From Mycobacterium sp. 1081908.1 (GTDB taxonomy: Bacteria > Actinomycetota > Actinomycetes > Mycobacteriales > Mycobacteriaceae): a stretch of DNA of 32,000 bases. Shown here one piece after another: positions 30,619-32,000 of this stretch. Made by a program: the position numbers and the translations under genes. The notes under the pieces are model-generated. The model ran no database searches, was not told the DNA's origin, and worked only from the letters and a program-made list of their open reading frames with translations. Every line of letters begins with the position of its first letter. The stretch's first letter is position 1. The DNA lies in contig NZ_LZLY01000097.1 in the NCBI RefSeq assembly GCF_001673535.1, positions 21,840 through 53,839 on the forward strand. Reading direction: 5' to 3'.

Positions 30619-31995
30619 TTGAGTGTCGACGACAGCGTTGATGACCAACTCAGCGACAGCGACCGTAAACGGAACCGGTATCACTTCGATCGGCACTCCG
30701 CGGATTACCGTTCGCGGTTCAAAGACATCACCGAGGAGATGCACGCCCGCTGCCCGATGGCCTGGAGCGACACCTACGGCGGGCATTGGGTGGCGGCCGG
30801 CAGCCACGAGGTGTTCGAGCTCGCCCGCTGCCCCGCGGTCTCCAACGATCACGATGTGAACAACGAACGCCGTGGCTACAAAGGCATTTCGATCCCGACG
30901 GCCAGCCGCATCAACGGCATCCGGGGCGGCATCCTGGAGATGGACAACCCGGAGCACAAAACCTACCGCGCCGTGCTGAACCCCTACCTGTCGCCGGCCG
31001 CGGTCAAGCGCTGGGAGCCGTTCGTCGACGACGTGACGCGCGCCTGCCTCGACGAGAAGATCGAGGAGGGCCGCATCGACTTCGTCGACGACCTGGCCAA
31101 CGTCGTACCGGCCGTGCTGACGCTGGCGATGATGGGCATCCCGCTGAAGAACTGGCAGATGTACAGCGAGCCGACCCATGCCGCGGTGTACACCCCGGAG
31201 CATTCCCCGGACATCCAGCGCGTCACCGAGATGCACCGGCAGATGGGGATCGACCTGATCAACAACATGATCGAGATCCGCGAGAATCCGCGGCCCGGCC
31301 TGGTCAATGCCCTGCTCGAAATGCGCATCGACGGTGAGCCCGCGCCCGACCTGGAAATCATCGGAAATCTCGGTTTGATCATCGGTGGCGGCTTCGACAC
31401 CACCACGGCGCTGACCGCCCATTCGCTGGAATGGCTTTCGCAGAATCCCGATCAGCGCGAGCTGCTCAGCAAGCAACGCGAAACGCTGCTCGATGCCGCG
31501 ACCGAGGAGTTCCTGCGCTATTTCACCCCCGCCCCCGGCGACGGCAGGACGTTCTCCGACGACGTCGAGCTCGACGGCATCACGTTCAAAGAGGGCGAGC
31601 GGCTGTGGATTTCGTGGGCGATGGCCAACCGCGACCCCGCGGTGTTCCACGACCCGGACGAGATCATCCTCGACCGCAAAGGCAACCGGCACTTCAGCTT
31701 TGGACTCGGTGTGCACCGCTGCGCCGGGTCGAACGTAGCGCGCACGGTGTTCAAGTCGATGCTGACCGCGGTCCTCGACCGCATGTCCGACTACACCTGC
31801 GACCCCGAAGGGACCGTGCATTACGAGACCATCGGCGTCATCCAGGGCATGCGGAAGCTGCCGGCCACCTTCACCCCCGGCCGCAGGGTCGGGGCCGGCC
31901 TGGACGAGACGCTCGAGAAACTGCAACGCGCCTGCGACGAGCAAGAGCTGGCCAGGCCGATCACCGAGCGCAAGGAAGCCGCCGTCATCGACTGA
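30619..31995 (+). CDS. Cytochrome P450 monooxygenase
   Basis: 458-aa ORF with a TTG start at 30619, preceded by GGGAG (30606-30610). Signatures: heme loop FSFGLGVHRCAGSNVA, ExxR (EEFLR) and I-helix GGGFDTTT. There is a ~37-aa charged extension after the usual C-terminal LPATFTPG. Confidence 0.9.
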   Translation: MSVDDSVDDQLSDSDRKRNRYHFDRHSADYRSRFKDITEEMHARCPMAWSDTYGGHWVAAGSHEVFELARCPAVSNDHDVNNERRGYKGISIPTASRINGIRGGILEMDNPEHKTYRAVLNPYLSPAAVKRWEPFVDDVTRACLDEKIEEGRIDFVDDLANVVPAVLTLAMMGIPLKNWQMYSEPTHAAVYTPEHSPDIQRVTEMHRQMGIDLINNMIEIRENPRPGLVNALLEMRIDGEPAPDLEIIGNLGLIIGGGFDTTTALTAHSLEWLSQNPDQRELLSKQRETLLDAATEEFLRYFTPAPGDGRTFSDDVELDGITFKEGERLWISWAMANRDPAVFHDPDEIILDRKGNRHFSFGLGVHRCAGSNVARTVFKSMLTAVLDRMSDYTCDPEGTVHYETIGVIQGMRKLPATFTPGRRVGAGLDETLEKLQRACDEQELARPITERKEAAVID

Positions 31996-32000
31996 CGCTT

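Noticed and set aside
1-32000. Window-wide check for mobile elements, rRNA/tRNA genes, CRISPR arrays, toxin-antitoxin or phage-defence genes
   Set aside because: No transposase, integrase or recombinase-like ORF, terminal inverted repeats, structured RNA signatures or repeat-spacer arrays were recognised. All long ORFs are accounted for by metabolic, regulatory, envelope or transport genes.

Overview
Densely coding, visibly GC-rich (third codon positions mostly G/C) Mycobacterium-type chromosomal DNA, identified by a PE-PGRS gene, an mce operon, and LpqH- and MmpS-family genes. I saw no rRNA, tRNA, CRISPR, transposase or phage genes. Content from left to right: (i) a minus-strand amidohydrolase and FadD acyl-CoA synthetase, then a 332-bp gap, then a Mce-associated membrane protein running off the left edge. 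(ii) An LpqH-like lipoprotein, an enoyl-CoA hydratase coupled to an MmpS-like protein, and a TetR divergent from a cytochrome P450. (iii) A PE-PGRS protein whose C-terminus is a GH18 (chitinase/lysozyme-like) domain. (iv) A translationally coupled four-gene membrane operon (two paralogous ~265-aa polytopic proteins plus orphan cytochrome-oxidase subunit III-like and subunit IV-like proteins), divergent from a TetR with twin palindromic operators. (v) Three small exported proteins and a plus-strand pair of Mce-associated membrane proteins. (vi) A complete minus-strand yrbEAB-mceABCDEF operon (15776-25423), preceded by aldehyde dehydrogenase and a family III CoA-transferase. (vii) A divergent operon of SDR, mycofactocin-type SDR, 3Fe-4S ferredoxin and P450. 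The most interesting items are the PE-PGRS::GH18 fusion, the orphan CoxIII/CoxIV-like membrane operon, and an AT-rich palindrome GnGAAT-N3-ATTCnC. The only three perfect copies of that palindrome I found all lie 30-46 nt upstream of start codons of genes flanking the mce locus. All functional calls rest on my reading of the translated ORFs and on motif recognition; no database search was run.
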